DNA of 64,000 nt from Lama glama. Lineage: Eukaryota. This document shows positions 50,555 to 62,572 of the stretch, in pieces; the first letter of the stretch is position 1, and each line of letters begins with the position of its first letter. The notes under the pieces are model-generated. The model ran no database searches. It was given only the letters and a program-made list of their open reading frames with translations, and was not told the DNA's origin. The stretch is taken from positions 36,830,001 through 36,894,000 of the forward strand of contig CM052818.1 in NCBI GenBank assembly GCA_028534125.1, read 5' to 3'. The translations under genes and the position numbers were made by a program.

Positions 50555-50705
50555 GCTGAATTAGTGAAACATAATTTTACTTATATACTTTTAGATCAAA
50601 TAAGTAAAAGTTAAGATTCTAACATTTAATTCCTACTCTCTAATAGATCATCTTGTGAGTACCGTGTGGTTCTAAAAGTGGTGTGTGCACAAAATCATCC
50701 ATTTT
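50555..50705. mobile_element. Charlie4-like hAT fragments
   Basis: Minus-strand caagatgatctatt...aaatgttagaa...tttcactaat adjacent to plus-strand gtggttctaaaagtggtgtgtgcacaaaatcatccatt. Confidence 0.4.
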
Positions 50706-51129
50706 AGAAGGCTTCCTTTTAAATAAAAGGGTGGGAGGGGGGAGTTTATATAGATTTTCTTAATATAAGAGATAAGCTTAACAATTTGTGATCTGTGAAG
50801 AAAGAACCAGAAGCTTGGGGAATCTGAAAATATAAATAGGGAAGGGAACACTGGGGGATGGAGACTGGAGACCTAGGAACCAAGCAGAACTTCTTTTCCT
50901 CCTAGATGGGGATTCTGTATTTTCTGCCTTGGATTCTTCAGCTTCCGTATCTTTCTCCCAAAGGCAAAGTCCACGCATACCACTCCCAGTCCTTCCACTT
51001 GGACCCTGGCTCTGATCATGATCTTCAATAGCTTCTTCTTGCCTAATGAAAAATGTCTAAGCTTCCGAAATGACATTCAGAAACCTCTGAGATTTAGACT
51101 CTTCTTAAATTAGACCATTTCTTGCGTGG

Positions 51130-51566
51130 TCTTATCGCTCACGTCTCCTCCTCACATACTCTGTCTAGTGAAATTAGTCTACTTGCTATTTTCTGAGCAT
51201 GCCCTGCATCCTCTCATCTCTCTGTTTCTGGTCCTGAGTGCTCTCTCCCTGGCAGGCTAGTTCCCTCTCATTTTCTCATCTATCCAGACATTTCTCTTTC
51301 AAGGTCCAACACAATTTCTTCTCTTCTGTGGTTCCTTTTTCTTGATTTCTCCAACTAGAAGGAATCTCCTTCCTCTGTGGCCCCACAGAGCCATGGACCC
51401 TTCCTGGGAATAGTTCTCATGGCCTGCCTTGTATTCCGTTATTGAATACAACTTTCCTTCTACCAGACTAAGAACGTCTGAGGGCGGGAAACATGTCCAA
51501 TTCACCTCTGTGACCCTCAGTGTACCTCGTGCATTAGCGTTTCCCTCCAATGGTCATGGATGAATG
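51130..51566 (+). mobile_element. L2 3' fragment
   Basis: ccagactaagaacgtctgagggcgggaaacatgtc...cacctctgtgaccctcagtg...ggatgaatg. Confidence 0.65.
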
Positions 51567-53304
51567 TGAAAGGGATTTTTATCTACATCAATATAAAAAT
51601 TGTTGTCAAGAGTTACGAGAACTGTCTCTGCTATCTGGGTGCCCTGCAGGTCTCACAGCAGAGGGGGCAATTGCTGTAGAGTGGTCCGTGACCCCTCGGG
51701 TGGGAGTGGGCCTCATGCTGGGCTCCTGCTCAGTCCTCTTCTGTGGAGGGGCTGCAGGACTTACTCTGCAGACTTGGGTAGCAGAGAAATAATGAGATAC
51801 CTAATTGGGAGAACACCCTGTAGCTTCATTGCAAGATAGAGGAGCTCTTGACTTTGGTTACTAGGAAGTCTCGGCCTGGGAGTAAGAATTGACCCAGCCT
51901 CAGACCCATTCCACCTGGAGATTTCTGGGAGGATGAATTTGGCCACTCCCCTTCTCTGGAGCATCTGCAGACACAGGGGGAAAAGGAGTGGATTAGAAGA
52001 TCTCCAGTGATGTTCCACTCTGACAGTCTCAGAGCCGCTCCAGATGGGACCCTCGTCTTTCATCTCCCTTTCTTCCCACTGCTTGCTCCCTTGCCTGTAT
52101 TTGGCTCCTCCTGTGATATTCAGAGAGGATCAGCCACTTAATCTGTCCAGCTGGTCCCAATGAAGAAAGACCAAGAGTCTGGATATTCATGAGCCTACAG
52201 TCAGTTTCTAAAGGAGTGACACAAAGCAGTGAGCGGAAGCCTAAGATTGTGCCAGAACCCGACAGAGATAAGGAGGATCTTTGCTAGGAAGGCAAGAATC
52301 TGTACTGTCTGGGTCCTTGAGAAAAGTTAGTGCCTTGGTTGGCTGATAACACCAACCCTCCTGAATGCTACCCCTCTCATGAAGAACTCCCAGGGAAGGG
52401 GCGAGTGGATATACCTGTGTGTGCCCACCACATTCTAGGACCCGTGCTAGGGGCCTGATGTACCCGGTGTGCGATATAGGATGGTTCATGCTGACCCTCC
52501 TCCCCTGGGAGTTCATGATGAGAATGGCAGCCTGAAATACACTAAGCTTCTTGCCATACAAATTAAAGGCTTTGTTCTAAGAACAGCAAAGGCCATTGTC
52601 TCCAAGAGCAACTTCCAGCAGCTCCTCTGTGCCTGGCGTCTGCATGCAGAGCAAACTGCCCACAGGGGGCAGAGGCATTGGCTGGGGAAATTTTATATGA
52701 TTAGTGGGGTGGAGTCAGACCCTTAGCAGCTCAGTGCCCTGCCAGGCCTGCTGAGCAGCCACCCCTTGGTTGAGGGCAAGGCTATCCACAGTACTTGTTT
52801 TCTTCTCTTTTTTCCTGAATTGCGAAATGTGGCTGAATGACGGATGGGACAGGGGGAAGCAGTCTGGGACCGAATTCTTGGATGCTTCAACGTGTTGTGG
52901 GTTCTGGAGGGCAGGGCTGGCTAGCCAGTCAGTTTTGGGCACCCATTCTGGTCACTTGAGAGACAGTCTATTACTCACCCCATCCTGGGTGCCCCAGCAG
53001 ACCCTGCGCTGTTTCTTTTCCATGTACCAGAATGGTGCCTTCCCTCTGGGACTCCCTGAGTCTAGTGGGGGAGCCGGAGGCATGCAGGGAACTGAGGCAG
53101 AATGTGAACAGTGTAGTACAGTGTGTCTCAGCCTTTTAAACATATGTCTTCTGTGGAGAAACATATAAATCTTGAAAATTCTTTTAAAGTTTGTGTTTCA
53201 AAAGCAATAGAGTAGGTTTTTTTTTTTGGTTTCCAAATATGAAATTATAATATTGAATATATTTTAAAAACTACACATGTCCTCCCTGAGATGTTTTTCA
53301 AAAA

Positions 53305-53960
53305 AAAATTTTATTGAGGTATAACATGCATATATAGCATAGTGTATGAATTTTTACATACATATGCATTGGTATGAATACCACCCAGATATATGTGGAG
53401 TGTTTCCAACACTCCAAGAAGCTCCCTCATGTCCCTCCCAAGTTAGTCTCCCCACCCTGCTCACCCAGAAGTCACCACTTCTCACCACTTCTTTAATTTC
53501 TATTAGTGCGGATTAGTTTTGCTTGTTCTTTTTATTTTTTTTTAATGAATTATAGTCGATTTACAAAGTTGTGTTAGTTTCTGGTGTATAGCATACTGAT
53601 TCAGTTATACACACACACACAAATACACACACACATATATTCCTTTTCATATTCTTTTTCATTGTAGGCAATTACAAGATATTGAATATAGTTCCCTGTG
53701 CTATACAGTATAAACTTGTTGTTCATCTTTTATATGTAGCAGTTAGTATCTGCAAATCCCAAACCCCCAGTCTATCCCTCCCCACTACTCCCCTCCTTGA
53801 ACCTCATATAAGTAAGCCCTACAGCCGTGCTTTGTGTCTGGCTCCTTTGCTTATGTTACGTGTTGGTGCATGTGGCAGTGGTTTATCCTTTTTCAGTGCT
53901 GGGCAGTACTCCATTATGCGACCCCACACGATTTATGTCTCCATCCTTGTCATTTGAGAA
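53305..53960 (-). mobile_element. L1ME-type 3' end split by a younger L1
   Basis: ttttattgaggtataac...gattagttttgcttgttctt, resuming after the insert as gaacctcatataag...tgtgtctggctcctttgc. Confidence 0.8.
53531..53793 (-). mobile_element. Young cetartiodactyl (camelid-like) L1 3' terminus
   Basis: T tail, gatttacaaagttgtgttagtttctggtgtatagcata...caagatattgaatatagttccctgtgctatacagtataaacttgttg...tagtatctgcaaatcccaaac. Confidence 0.9.
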
Positions 53961-53964
53961 TCAC

Positions 53965-54195
53965 TGGTGTCGCAGCTTAAGGGCTGTCTTTGGAGCCAGA
54001 CAGACTTAGAGAGTCATCCCCCACTTTCCTAATGCTTGTCCGGAGCAAGTCTGTTCACCCGGAGCTTTGGGTTCCTCACTTGCAGAATTGGGGTCACCGT
54101 GTTGTCTCAGGGTGTGAGGAGAGGAGCCAACGTGGGGGAAGCCCTGGCGCGGTGCCAGGCACGCAGCAGGCCCCCGGTGGATGGTGGCGGTGATT
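53965..54195 (+). mobile_element. MIR SINE, GC-shifted
   Basis: tttggagccagacagactt...gttcctcacttgcagaattgggg...cggtgccaggcacgcagcagg. Confidence 0.7.
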
Positions 54196-54717
54196 ACTGA
54201 GGGCTACAGGGTCATGTGTTTGTTGCTGTGGAGCGCAGAGGCTGCAGAGCTCCCCTCCTGGACAGGACATCCAGGAAGGCTTTGATCAGGCTCGCAGAGC
54301 AGGGTGCACTGTAGTAAGAGGTGCCCTGGGAGGTGTCATGTGTGCAGGGGGCTGACACTGCTGGGTGTGTTGGGGGCACAGCCCTGAGGAGAATGCAGAG
54401 AGGTGAAGCTGTGGCGTCTTCATGCCTGACGGGCTCCCCAGGAGCTGAGAAGAGCACTCGGACTGTGCTCAGGGCCGAACAAAACCCTGCTGGCCTGAGC
54501 TGCGGGAGCCCAGAGGTGGAGAGGCTCTGTGTGCTAGAGAGAAAACCCTCTGGAAGAAAGCAGGGCTGGAGCTGGAGAAGAGGCGGGAGGCGCTGTGGGA
54601 AGTGGACGGGGAGGGAAGAGCAAGGCCAAGGCCACGCAAGTGGGGAAGCTGGAGCAGATTTGGGGGACGACAAAGTCTGGCCCAGGCTTCCCACTGCTGC
54701 TTCCACTGCTCCTCTGG

Positions 54718-54885
54718 CCAGTGTGTTTGGAGCACTCGCTGTGTGCCAGGCACTGTGTGAAAAAGAACACGGATATTCTCATTCAATCTTCATACGGTTC
54801 AACGAAGTACATCTGATTCTTCGTGTACAGATCAAGAGACCGAGGTTCTGGGAAGTCAACTAGCAAGGCTGAGGTTCTGCAGCCA
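54718..54885 (-). mobile_element. MIR fragment
   Basis: gagcactcgctgtgtgccaggcactgtg...ctcattcaatcttcat...tacagatcaagagaccgagg. Confidence 0.7.
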
Positions 54886-55201
54886 TTTCCTCCAGGGTTT
54901 GCTTTTCCTCTTGGGGGCATAAAGATTCAACACATGGCCTCACCTCCCTCGGGCAGCTGAGCTAGTACCTCTGGTGGTGACCGCTTATCCCTTCTCATTG
55001 CCTTGGAACTGGGCAGCCTCGTATCTGGGTGGATGGTTGGTTCCAATTCAGTTGCCCTAAAGGGCTGTGGCTGTGGGGTTGGGGTGTTCCTGAGATGTGG
55101 GTGAGCAATTTCCATGTCCTTGGGAGAGATCGAAGCTGGGTCTTTATTTTTCTTTCCCAGTTACTTGGGTCTGACTTGAGGGGAGAATTTGGGACAGCAT
55201 G

Positions 55202-55590
55202 TGTTATGGTTTGAATTGTTTCCCCTCCAGATTCATGTGTTCAAGTTCTAACCCCTGGTACCTCAGAACGTGACTGTACTTGGAGACAGAGAATTTAAAG
55301 AGGCAGTTAAGTTAAAACTGGGGTCATTAGGATGGGCCCTAATCCAATGTGACTGGTATCCTTGCAAGAAGAGGCTGATACATGCAGTACAAAGAGAAGA
55401 CGATGTGAAACAGAAGACACAAGGAGAAAATGACCATCTATCTGCCAAGGAGAGAAGCCTCGGAAGAAACCAAACTTAATGATACCTTAGTCTCAGAAGT
55501 TCAGATTCCATGACTGAGAAAATAAATTTCTGTTCTTTAAGCCACCCAGTCTGCGGGACTTCATTAAGGCAGCCCTAGCAGACTAATACA
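55202..55590 (+). mobile_element. MLT1A0-like MaLR solo LTR, full length
   Basis: tgttatggtttgaattgt...acctcagaacgtgactgta...gggccctaatccaatgtgactgg...aataaatttctgttctttaagccacccagtct...gcagccctagcagactaataca. Confidence 0.92.
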
Positions 55591-56582
55591 GGGATCAGTC
55601 CAGTCATCTGAAGCTCAGAGAGGAAAACGTATGGTTTTAAAAATAACAACAACAACAATAATTAATATTAACAAGCAGTGTTAATTATCATTGTCAATGT
55701 ACTTTGCATGTGTAAACACAGAAAGGCCATTTTGTAGGTGATGTGACTTGGGTATAAACAGGACAATATGTTTCTTACCAATCAAGCTGAATTTCTTTTT
55801 AAAATCTCCACCTTGACAAAGCCCCAGGGACTTGAAATACAAAATAATTAACCTTGGTTTACCTGCTTGCGTGCTGAGGAATGCTCGCACCCCTCACCCC
55901 ACGCCGTGGGGAGCAGGGCTGTGGGGAGCTGGCAGGAAGACCTGCAACAGGGCCTTGGGTTCCTTTTTGCAAACATCCTTTGCAATGAGATGTGTCTGGA
56001 CTCCGGGGGCAGCCAGAGAGCTCACAGAGGGGGAGGCTTATCACGGAGATGTATATCCCAGGACAGTCGTAAATGTCTCAGCTCGTGATGTGTCTGGGTG
56101 AGTTACAGAGCCAATAGTTTTGATCAAGTGCCCAGCTCTGCTCGATTAGCAGAAGGATAATGAGAACTGAACAGCAAGGGGGGCACGAGGGAAGAAAGTA
56201 GGGCGGCCCGGGGTGGCGGGGGGCGGGGGGGAGCCGAAGGCGTTGGTTTGATCAGAGGAGGCCCCTCTCTACACTTCCTGGGTGGGGCCTGACCTCTGCA
56301 GGGTCGGGGTCCTGGAGAGGCTCTCTCTCGGTTAGGCTTTCCCAGTCGTGTGAGGCACTTTCGCTGCTATCCACCCAAGCTCCTCCTCCCCGCAGCGCCT
56401 TGGGCAGAGAGGCAGGAAAGTGCATGGTCAGCTCTCGGATGAATTTGGGAGGGGAGTGAGACCTGAACCCCCCTGAGGCCTGCAGGAGTCAGGCGAGGGG
56501 TCAGGGGTTAGCCAAGGTCAAGCTCTGATTCCCAGCAGGCACTCTGGCTGTGCTGTGGAGGGGCGGCGGCCTTGGCACTTAA

Positions 56583-56768
56583 TTTTTTCTCTCTTTCCAT
56601 TTTCCTTCTCGACTCCCCACTCTTCCCCTTCCTTCTTTCTTCTTTCATCCCTCCTGTTTCCTCTTTCCTCTCTTCCTTTCCAGTCTTTCTTGTAAATCCC
56701 CTTCCCTTTCCTCTTTCTTCCTTCCCCTTTTTCTTCCCCTCTTTACTTCTCCTCCTAATTTTTCTCTG
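56583..56768. repeat. CT-rich polypyrimidine low-complexity tract
   Basis: About 185 bp almost entirely C/T on the plus strand. Confidence 0.9.
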
Positions 56769-57225
56769 TATCATTAATAACTAATTACTTCCTTAAAATA
56801 ACCTGCACCAGGGTTTGGCATTCAACACCCACCAGGTACAGGGGACAGGCTGACAAAGAGTGGAGAGACTGTCCTCACAGAGCTGAGCGTCCGGAGGGCA
56901 ACACTGATGATTAAATAAGTAATTGTTAGAAGGCAAAGGTCTAAAGACAACCTCTCCTCTTTTTCACCTGATTTCTGGGCCAACTGAGAAATAAGATGAA
57001 AGGTTAAGGCAGGTGGAAATCAAAACAGCACTGAAATCCACGAGGAAGCTGCCCTGGAGAACGCAGCTCTGCTCTTTAGGCACGCGGGCTGCTTGACACT
57101 GAATCTCAGAGTTTCCCCAGTGTGGCCACCAACCAAAGGCGGCCTGGGCCAGGGTGAAGGCGTCCCGGAAAAATCCACAGCGGGAGGAGCAGCGGGCATG
57201 GGGTGTGCCTCCTGCAGGGAACTGG

Positions 57226-57263
57226 GGAGGAGGTGGAGGAGGAGGAGGAGGAGGAGGAGGAGG
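57226..57263. repeat. (GGA)n trinucleotide repeat
   Basis: ggaggaggt followed by (gga)9 gg. Confidence 0.95.
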
Positions 57264-57469
57264 GCTGGGGTCCCCAGGCCCAGGCTGCCCTGTACTGTCT
57301 CCTTGGTCCCCTTTGTAGAATTAAGTGTCAACTCAGCACAAGTGAACGAGGAGCAGTGAGAGAGGCCAGGAGCCCAAGGCTGGTGGAAGCACCTCTCAGG
57401 AGGAGGAGAACACCAGGAGTGGGGTCGGAGTTCCTCCCCTGCCCTCTGCTCTGCACCACCACTCACAAG

Positions 57470-57501
<32 letters not shown>
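57470..57501. repeat. Compound (GT)n(GA)n microsatellite
   Basis: gtgtgtgtgtgtgtgtgtgtgagagagagaga. Confidence 0.95.
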
Positions 57502-57712
57502 TAGTGCACAGGTGAGGCCGTCACCCAGTATCAGGGCAACAACAGACGGCCTCACCTCACGTGGGAAGTGACGTTTAATCTGCGACTTAAAGGATTGCTA
57601 CCTACGTCTATGTGACAAAGTGCCAAACATAATCCAGAACAAATTAGGCAAATTTACTTCTTTCCTTCCTTCTCTAAGCTTCTTCTTTATAAAATAAAAC
57701 TCTGGGGAAGTG

Positions 57713-58440
57713 TTTCATTCAGTTATTCTGTCAACAAATATATATTTAATGCTTATTCAACGCAAGCCACTTTACCAGGCAGGAGGAACAGAAAGATGAA
57801 TTGGATGTGGCTTCAGCCCTCCAGGAGCGTTCGGGTTGGATGCCGGCTAAGACATTCTCATAGACAGCAGACATGTGTGATGGGGTCTGGGGTGTTTGTT
57901 GCTCGCTGTTGAAACAAAGTAAGAGCTCTAAGTGAGCTGCATGAGGTGAGGGTTTTAAGGGGTTCATATGGGGAAGAAGAAACTTTCCTGTTAAGGGGAG
58001 GAGATGGTATTTGAGTTAAGCCTTGAACAGAGCACAGGCTACAAACAAATAGTGCCTTGGCCTTCCAAGTAGAGAGAATAGCCTTCAGCAGAAGCGCAGG
58101 GGCGGGTAATCAAAGGATGGATACTTGCAGGGATCAGTAAGCAGTCCAGTGTGTCTTACATACGGTCTAAGAAGGAAGATGCTGGCAAAATCAACTTTGA
58201 AGAAGGGGTGGGATCCAGACCCTCGAAAGCTGGTGTAAGTGTCAGTCCACACTTTGGGCAACAGTGGTGCCGATGAAAGTTGTGTGACTTGATTGGATGT
58301 GCATTTTAGAACAATTGCTCTCTGGGTTGGAGGGTGCAGAACTTGGAGAATGTTGGATAGTTTTGGAATAGTTCTGGGTAGAAGTTCTGATTATCGGCAG
58401 TGGAAGCGAGGGTGGGGAAGTGGGTAGGTCGGAGGGTTTG
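57713..58440 (-). mobile_element. L2 LINE 3' portion
   Basis: cattcagttattctgtcaacaaatata...cagccctccaggagc...ggagatggtatttgagttaagccttgaa...gtgcattttagaacaatt. Confidence 0.75.
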
Positions 58441-61400
58441 CCCTATTCTGTGGCCTCCCAGCAGCGCCCCGGGGCCCATGAACACAGGAGGAGAAGAAGC
58501 CAGGGGGTGGCTTACTCTAATGGGATCTGATCAGCATAGACACAGCGGAAGCTCTCAGCTGTGGAATGCAGCCCTGGGCGAGAGGGCTGCGGGGCTGCAG
58601 CGGGACAGGATCTCAGGCTAAGTCCTGTGTGGCTGGGGAGTGGGAGGGGCGGTGAAACAGGGGACCAGAGCGGCCGGCTGGTGCTCGGTGAGGCCCGTGG
58701 GTTCTGCAGGAGCACCAAGGCCCATGAGCCCTCTCTGTTGGGCCTCGTTTCACCATGTAACAATTAGGTTCTACCAAAGGCAGACGATAAGGAAAGCCAG
58801 ACCCAGAGAGTCAGACTTAAAGACAAACTCCTGATCACGAAGAAGCCAGATCGGAGCAGTGTTCCAAGCCCCTGCGTGCAGGTCCCCGCTGCAGGACGTC
58901 CCTTCCTGAGGTGCCTGCCTTCCTCCACTGCAACTTGGACTTCATGACTTTCTTGTTCTCAGAAAGAGAAAGGAGCTTATTAAGTGAGGTGGCTGCCAAG
59001 TGTATTTTAAGATGAACAAAGCCTAGATCGTTTTTTTCTCACCACATACCATACATAATTGTGTGAAGGGCAGGATTTATTTGGTTTGCATTATGATTTT
59101 TTTCCCCCCTAAGCTTAATTACAGTGTTAAAAAGGCAATTGCAACTTGAAAGAAACAAACTCCATGGTCATAGAGACCAGCATGACCATTTTGGGTTTGA
59201 AACACAGTTTCTTTGTGAAGGGAATTAATTGTATGAGAAACTTTGGGGCTTATGTAAAACACATTTTTATGAAAATAAACTTGAACAGTCATTAAAATGA
59301 ATAGTTGTTTTAAATAAGACTCAAAACTGCATGGTGGTGCCAAGGAATTTTAGATTCCTTCTTTATTGGCTTTGTTTTGGGTTCAACTTGGCATTTTCTA
59401 AGACAATATCTGGGCCCCAGAGGTTAAGTCTTAGCTTATAACTGGAAATCAAATGTATAATTCCAATGATAGATTATTAGAGGAACTAAGGGAATGAAAA
59501 AGCTTGAATAGTATTTTGGTCTAAATAACTTCATGAATAAGTAATTCTGTGTTGGAGAATCCAACAAGTTAGCAGGAAGTATTGCCTGGTAGTCTGGCCT
59601 CAGACCAAGGAACCAATTAATAGAACTCAGCCTTCCAGGTTTCGGATGCTCCCTGGGCATCCTATAAATCAGAAATGTGCGAGATGATCCTAACTTTCTC
59701 ATCTGCCAGCATTGACAAGGAGCACCTCGGGCTTAGACATCCGTGTAGTTCAGGGGCAAGTCCAGAGCTGAGCTCTCAGCCGGGCTAGCTACTCTTGAGA
59801 CTTGAGTAGCTTAAACAGTGCACTTCTCTGGGGTTCATCAAAGGTGAGAAAAGGGGCTGTGGACTTAGGGGTCCTGCACAGCTGTGTCCAGAAAGGTCGA
59901 GGCGTGTTGGGGTGGAACACCTTTGTGCCTAGTGTTCTGTACCTCTCCTCTCGTTGGGAGTGGAGCTGGAGCAACACTGCTCAGCTGTGTGGGCTCAACT
60001 CCTGTTCCAGGGCAGATGGGAAAGTGACATCCTTTTTAATTGGTGGGAACTTGAGCTCATGGTCCCCAATCCTTGGAAGAATGCCTCACTGCTTTCCACA
60101 CCCCCCACCACCCACACACACATGGTCCCTACCCCACTAAATCACTAGCATTTCTCCTCTCCTTCAAGGCGTATTTCCCTCCCTGCGCTGAGATCCTTAC
60201 AGTTATTTAGACAAAAACCTGCATCAGGGGAAAGAAGGGCGGCTCTTGGAGTTGTATGTAGGACGTATGAAAAGAGGTCCTCATCTGGTTGTGTCTTAGG
60301 GTACATAATTTAGTGGGTGGCCCCACTGGCCTCAATTTCAGAACAGGTAATGACGCCATTTTGTACTTCCCAGAGGGATGTTGTGAGTTCTCGTGATGCA
60401 GTGTCTCATCCTGTAGAGCGATACCCTTCCCAACCCACTTCTCTGAGTCCCTGCTGTGGTTCTTCTTGCCTGGATGGAACAGGGGGACCTAGAGGCAATC
60501 AGAGGCCTCCAGAATGATGGTGATTCGTGTAGTGAAGTGAGAGAGTGCCAGGTGGTAGCTGCCAGGCAGTGGGGTGATGTCTCTCCTGGAACCTCTAGGT
60601 GCCAGTCTGAGCTGCTGTAAGGAGGTCTTCATCACTTCTGCAGGGGGTGCTGGATGCAGAATTATCACTGCTGGTCTCTGGACACGTTTCTCCACCAGTT
60701 TGTCTCCATCCCCCCGACCACGGTGAGGATGTTTGTAGACTGTGATGGTATCAGATATATTGGTCCCATGGAAACTACAACCCGGGCTTCTTGGAATAGT
60801 AAAGCTGGCTCTCTCTTATCCCTTAGGTGTGGAGTTGACGCCCACATCCCCATGGTTAACTGCCCAAAAGTAAGGACCAGGGAGGCTCCACCTTCTGCTC
60901 CATTGAGAGAGACCCGGGGAAAGGCAGGGAACACCATAAATGCTTGGGAAGTCTTGCCCAGTGATTTCTTTTTCCTGGTGAAAACACATTCAAACCTAGA
61001 AGTTCTGAGGTGCCTTTTGATCTGGCCCCCAAAAGCATGACTGGAAGCACGAAGGCTTGCCACATCCCTTCTTTTTCAGCAGCATGGCTCAGTGAATCAG
61101 TTCAAACCCATTAAGATCCTCAGAATGACAGGAGGAGGAAAATCCTTCCAGTGAACACTCTTAGGATACTGTGACCGAACACCATTTCCTTGGACCTGGA
61201 CCATTTTCTCGTTTTGAAAATCCCATCAATTGCAATCCCTTCCTCGAGGCTGAGCATCTGGTTTTTAACTTTCCTATTTGTTGACACAAAAGCCTATAGC
61301 AAAGGTTTGTAGATACATGAATTACATACTTGTTAGTAACACTGTGTTGCCCCATGTTTAAGAGGTGATGTGGAAAGCGTTTTCAATTTTTCTGGGTTTG

Positions 61401-61536
61401 TAAATCTAAAGTGATAATTATCCTTCAAAATAGTGGGAGCGGCCACCAGGGTCAGGAAACTGGGCATGCAGACCTGGACTCTGCTCTTAACCGATCTTGT
61501 TATCCTTGTTGTTAGGATTCTTCAATGAAACAGCAA

Positions 61537-61590
61537 GTGTGTGTGTCTCTGTGTGTGTGTTGTGTGTTGTGTGTATGAGTGTGTGTGTGA
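61537..61590. repeat. Degenerate (TG)n tract
   Basis: gtgtgtgtgtctctgtgtgtgtgttgtgtgttgtgtgtatgagtgtgtgtgtga. Confidence 0.85.
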
Positions 61591-61971
61591 GATGTCTTAA
61601 GCAAACTGTTTTTCTGTGGGAGCACAATTGAATTAAAAAAAATTCTAAATTAAGCACATCTTCTCCAGGAACACATCTGTTGCACAGAGTGAGGCCCATT
61701 CCATCAATACAGTTGCCTGCAGAGCAATGAAGTCATCCCCATCTACTGCCTGAAACCAGAAATGAGGATAACTGGCCACTATTAAATATTAAAGTTTTTC
61801 ACATTTTTGCTGTTCTCTTCCAGAGAACACAGAGAACACTGACATATCTTTCAGAGCTCAGGTGGTGAGCTAATGGACTGGAGAAGCTTTCAACTCAACT
61901 GGAGCGACACATAAAGAGAAAACTTAATTACGGTTAGGATTCAGTGGGTTAACTGGATAAACAAGTAGCCT

Positions 61972-62572
61972 GTGTGTTTCAAAGCATCTAAGACACTATT
62001 GATTTTAAGATGCACCATTATTTTATGTCCCTCTGAGGAAAAAAGCACTGCCAATTAAACTATGACCACATTGCCTTATAACTTAGAATTGTAATTTTAT
62101 ACTTAGTGTAAGAGCTCCTTAAGACACTTGTGCACACAGTAAAATGAAAATATAAGCCAAATACATTGGTGGCAATATTCTTAAACTGTCTTCATAAGAT
62201 GGGCTCTTCTGAAAGGCTCTCTGACTTAGCGTCGCTGCTTCTGTGGTTCTCCACGCCTTCCTCCCTGACGTCGACAGCAGTGACTACGAGCCTTTCTATC
62301 CCAGAGCATGTCACTGCTGATCTGGGATTTTCTTCCCTAAACTTGACACCCATTTTCAAGTTCTAGAGCTGGTGCTCTCTCGATCTTACCAGAAGGTAAG
62401 AACCCAGAACTCATTTTTTTTTCTCAAATGGTCTTTAAAGAGTTTGTTGACTATAAGACCAAGGTTTGCAATTATGTCAGCTTGCCACCAGAACAACAGC
62501 CAAGAGTGCTTACGTGTGGCAGTGGCAATGCCAGAATCTCCACCTTGCCCAGCAGCAGCTGTGAGGTGCCAC
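61972..62572 (-). mobile_element. Kanga1-type (TcMar-Tc2) DNA transposon deletion derivative with transposase C-terminal remnant
   Basis: Terminal tttcaaagcatctaagacac...taagatgcaccattattttatgt...ctgccaattaaactatgac; minus-strand translation IVNKLFKDHLRKK...PSGKIERAPA resembles the pogo/Tc2 transposase segment after the QPLD motif (VNKPFKDHLR...PSGKIKKAP). Confidence 0.85.

Noticed and set aside
54212..54863. Longest ORFs in the track (180 aa plus, 164 aa minus)
   Set aside because: They overlap GC-shifted L2-like and MIR remnants, are open on both strands, start at non-ATG codons and show no recognisable domain.
46718..55590. Two MLT1A0-like LTRs as ends of one provirus
   Set aside because: Opposite orientations, about 8 kb apart, no MaLR internal sequence between them, and the first has its own TSD; independent solo LTRs.
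56508..57571. K/E/R-rich, poly-Arg, poly-Glu and poly-Leu ORFs
   Set aside because: Translations of the CT-rich tract and the (GGA)n repeat.
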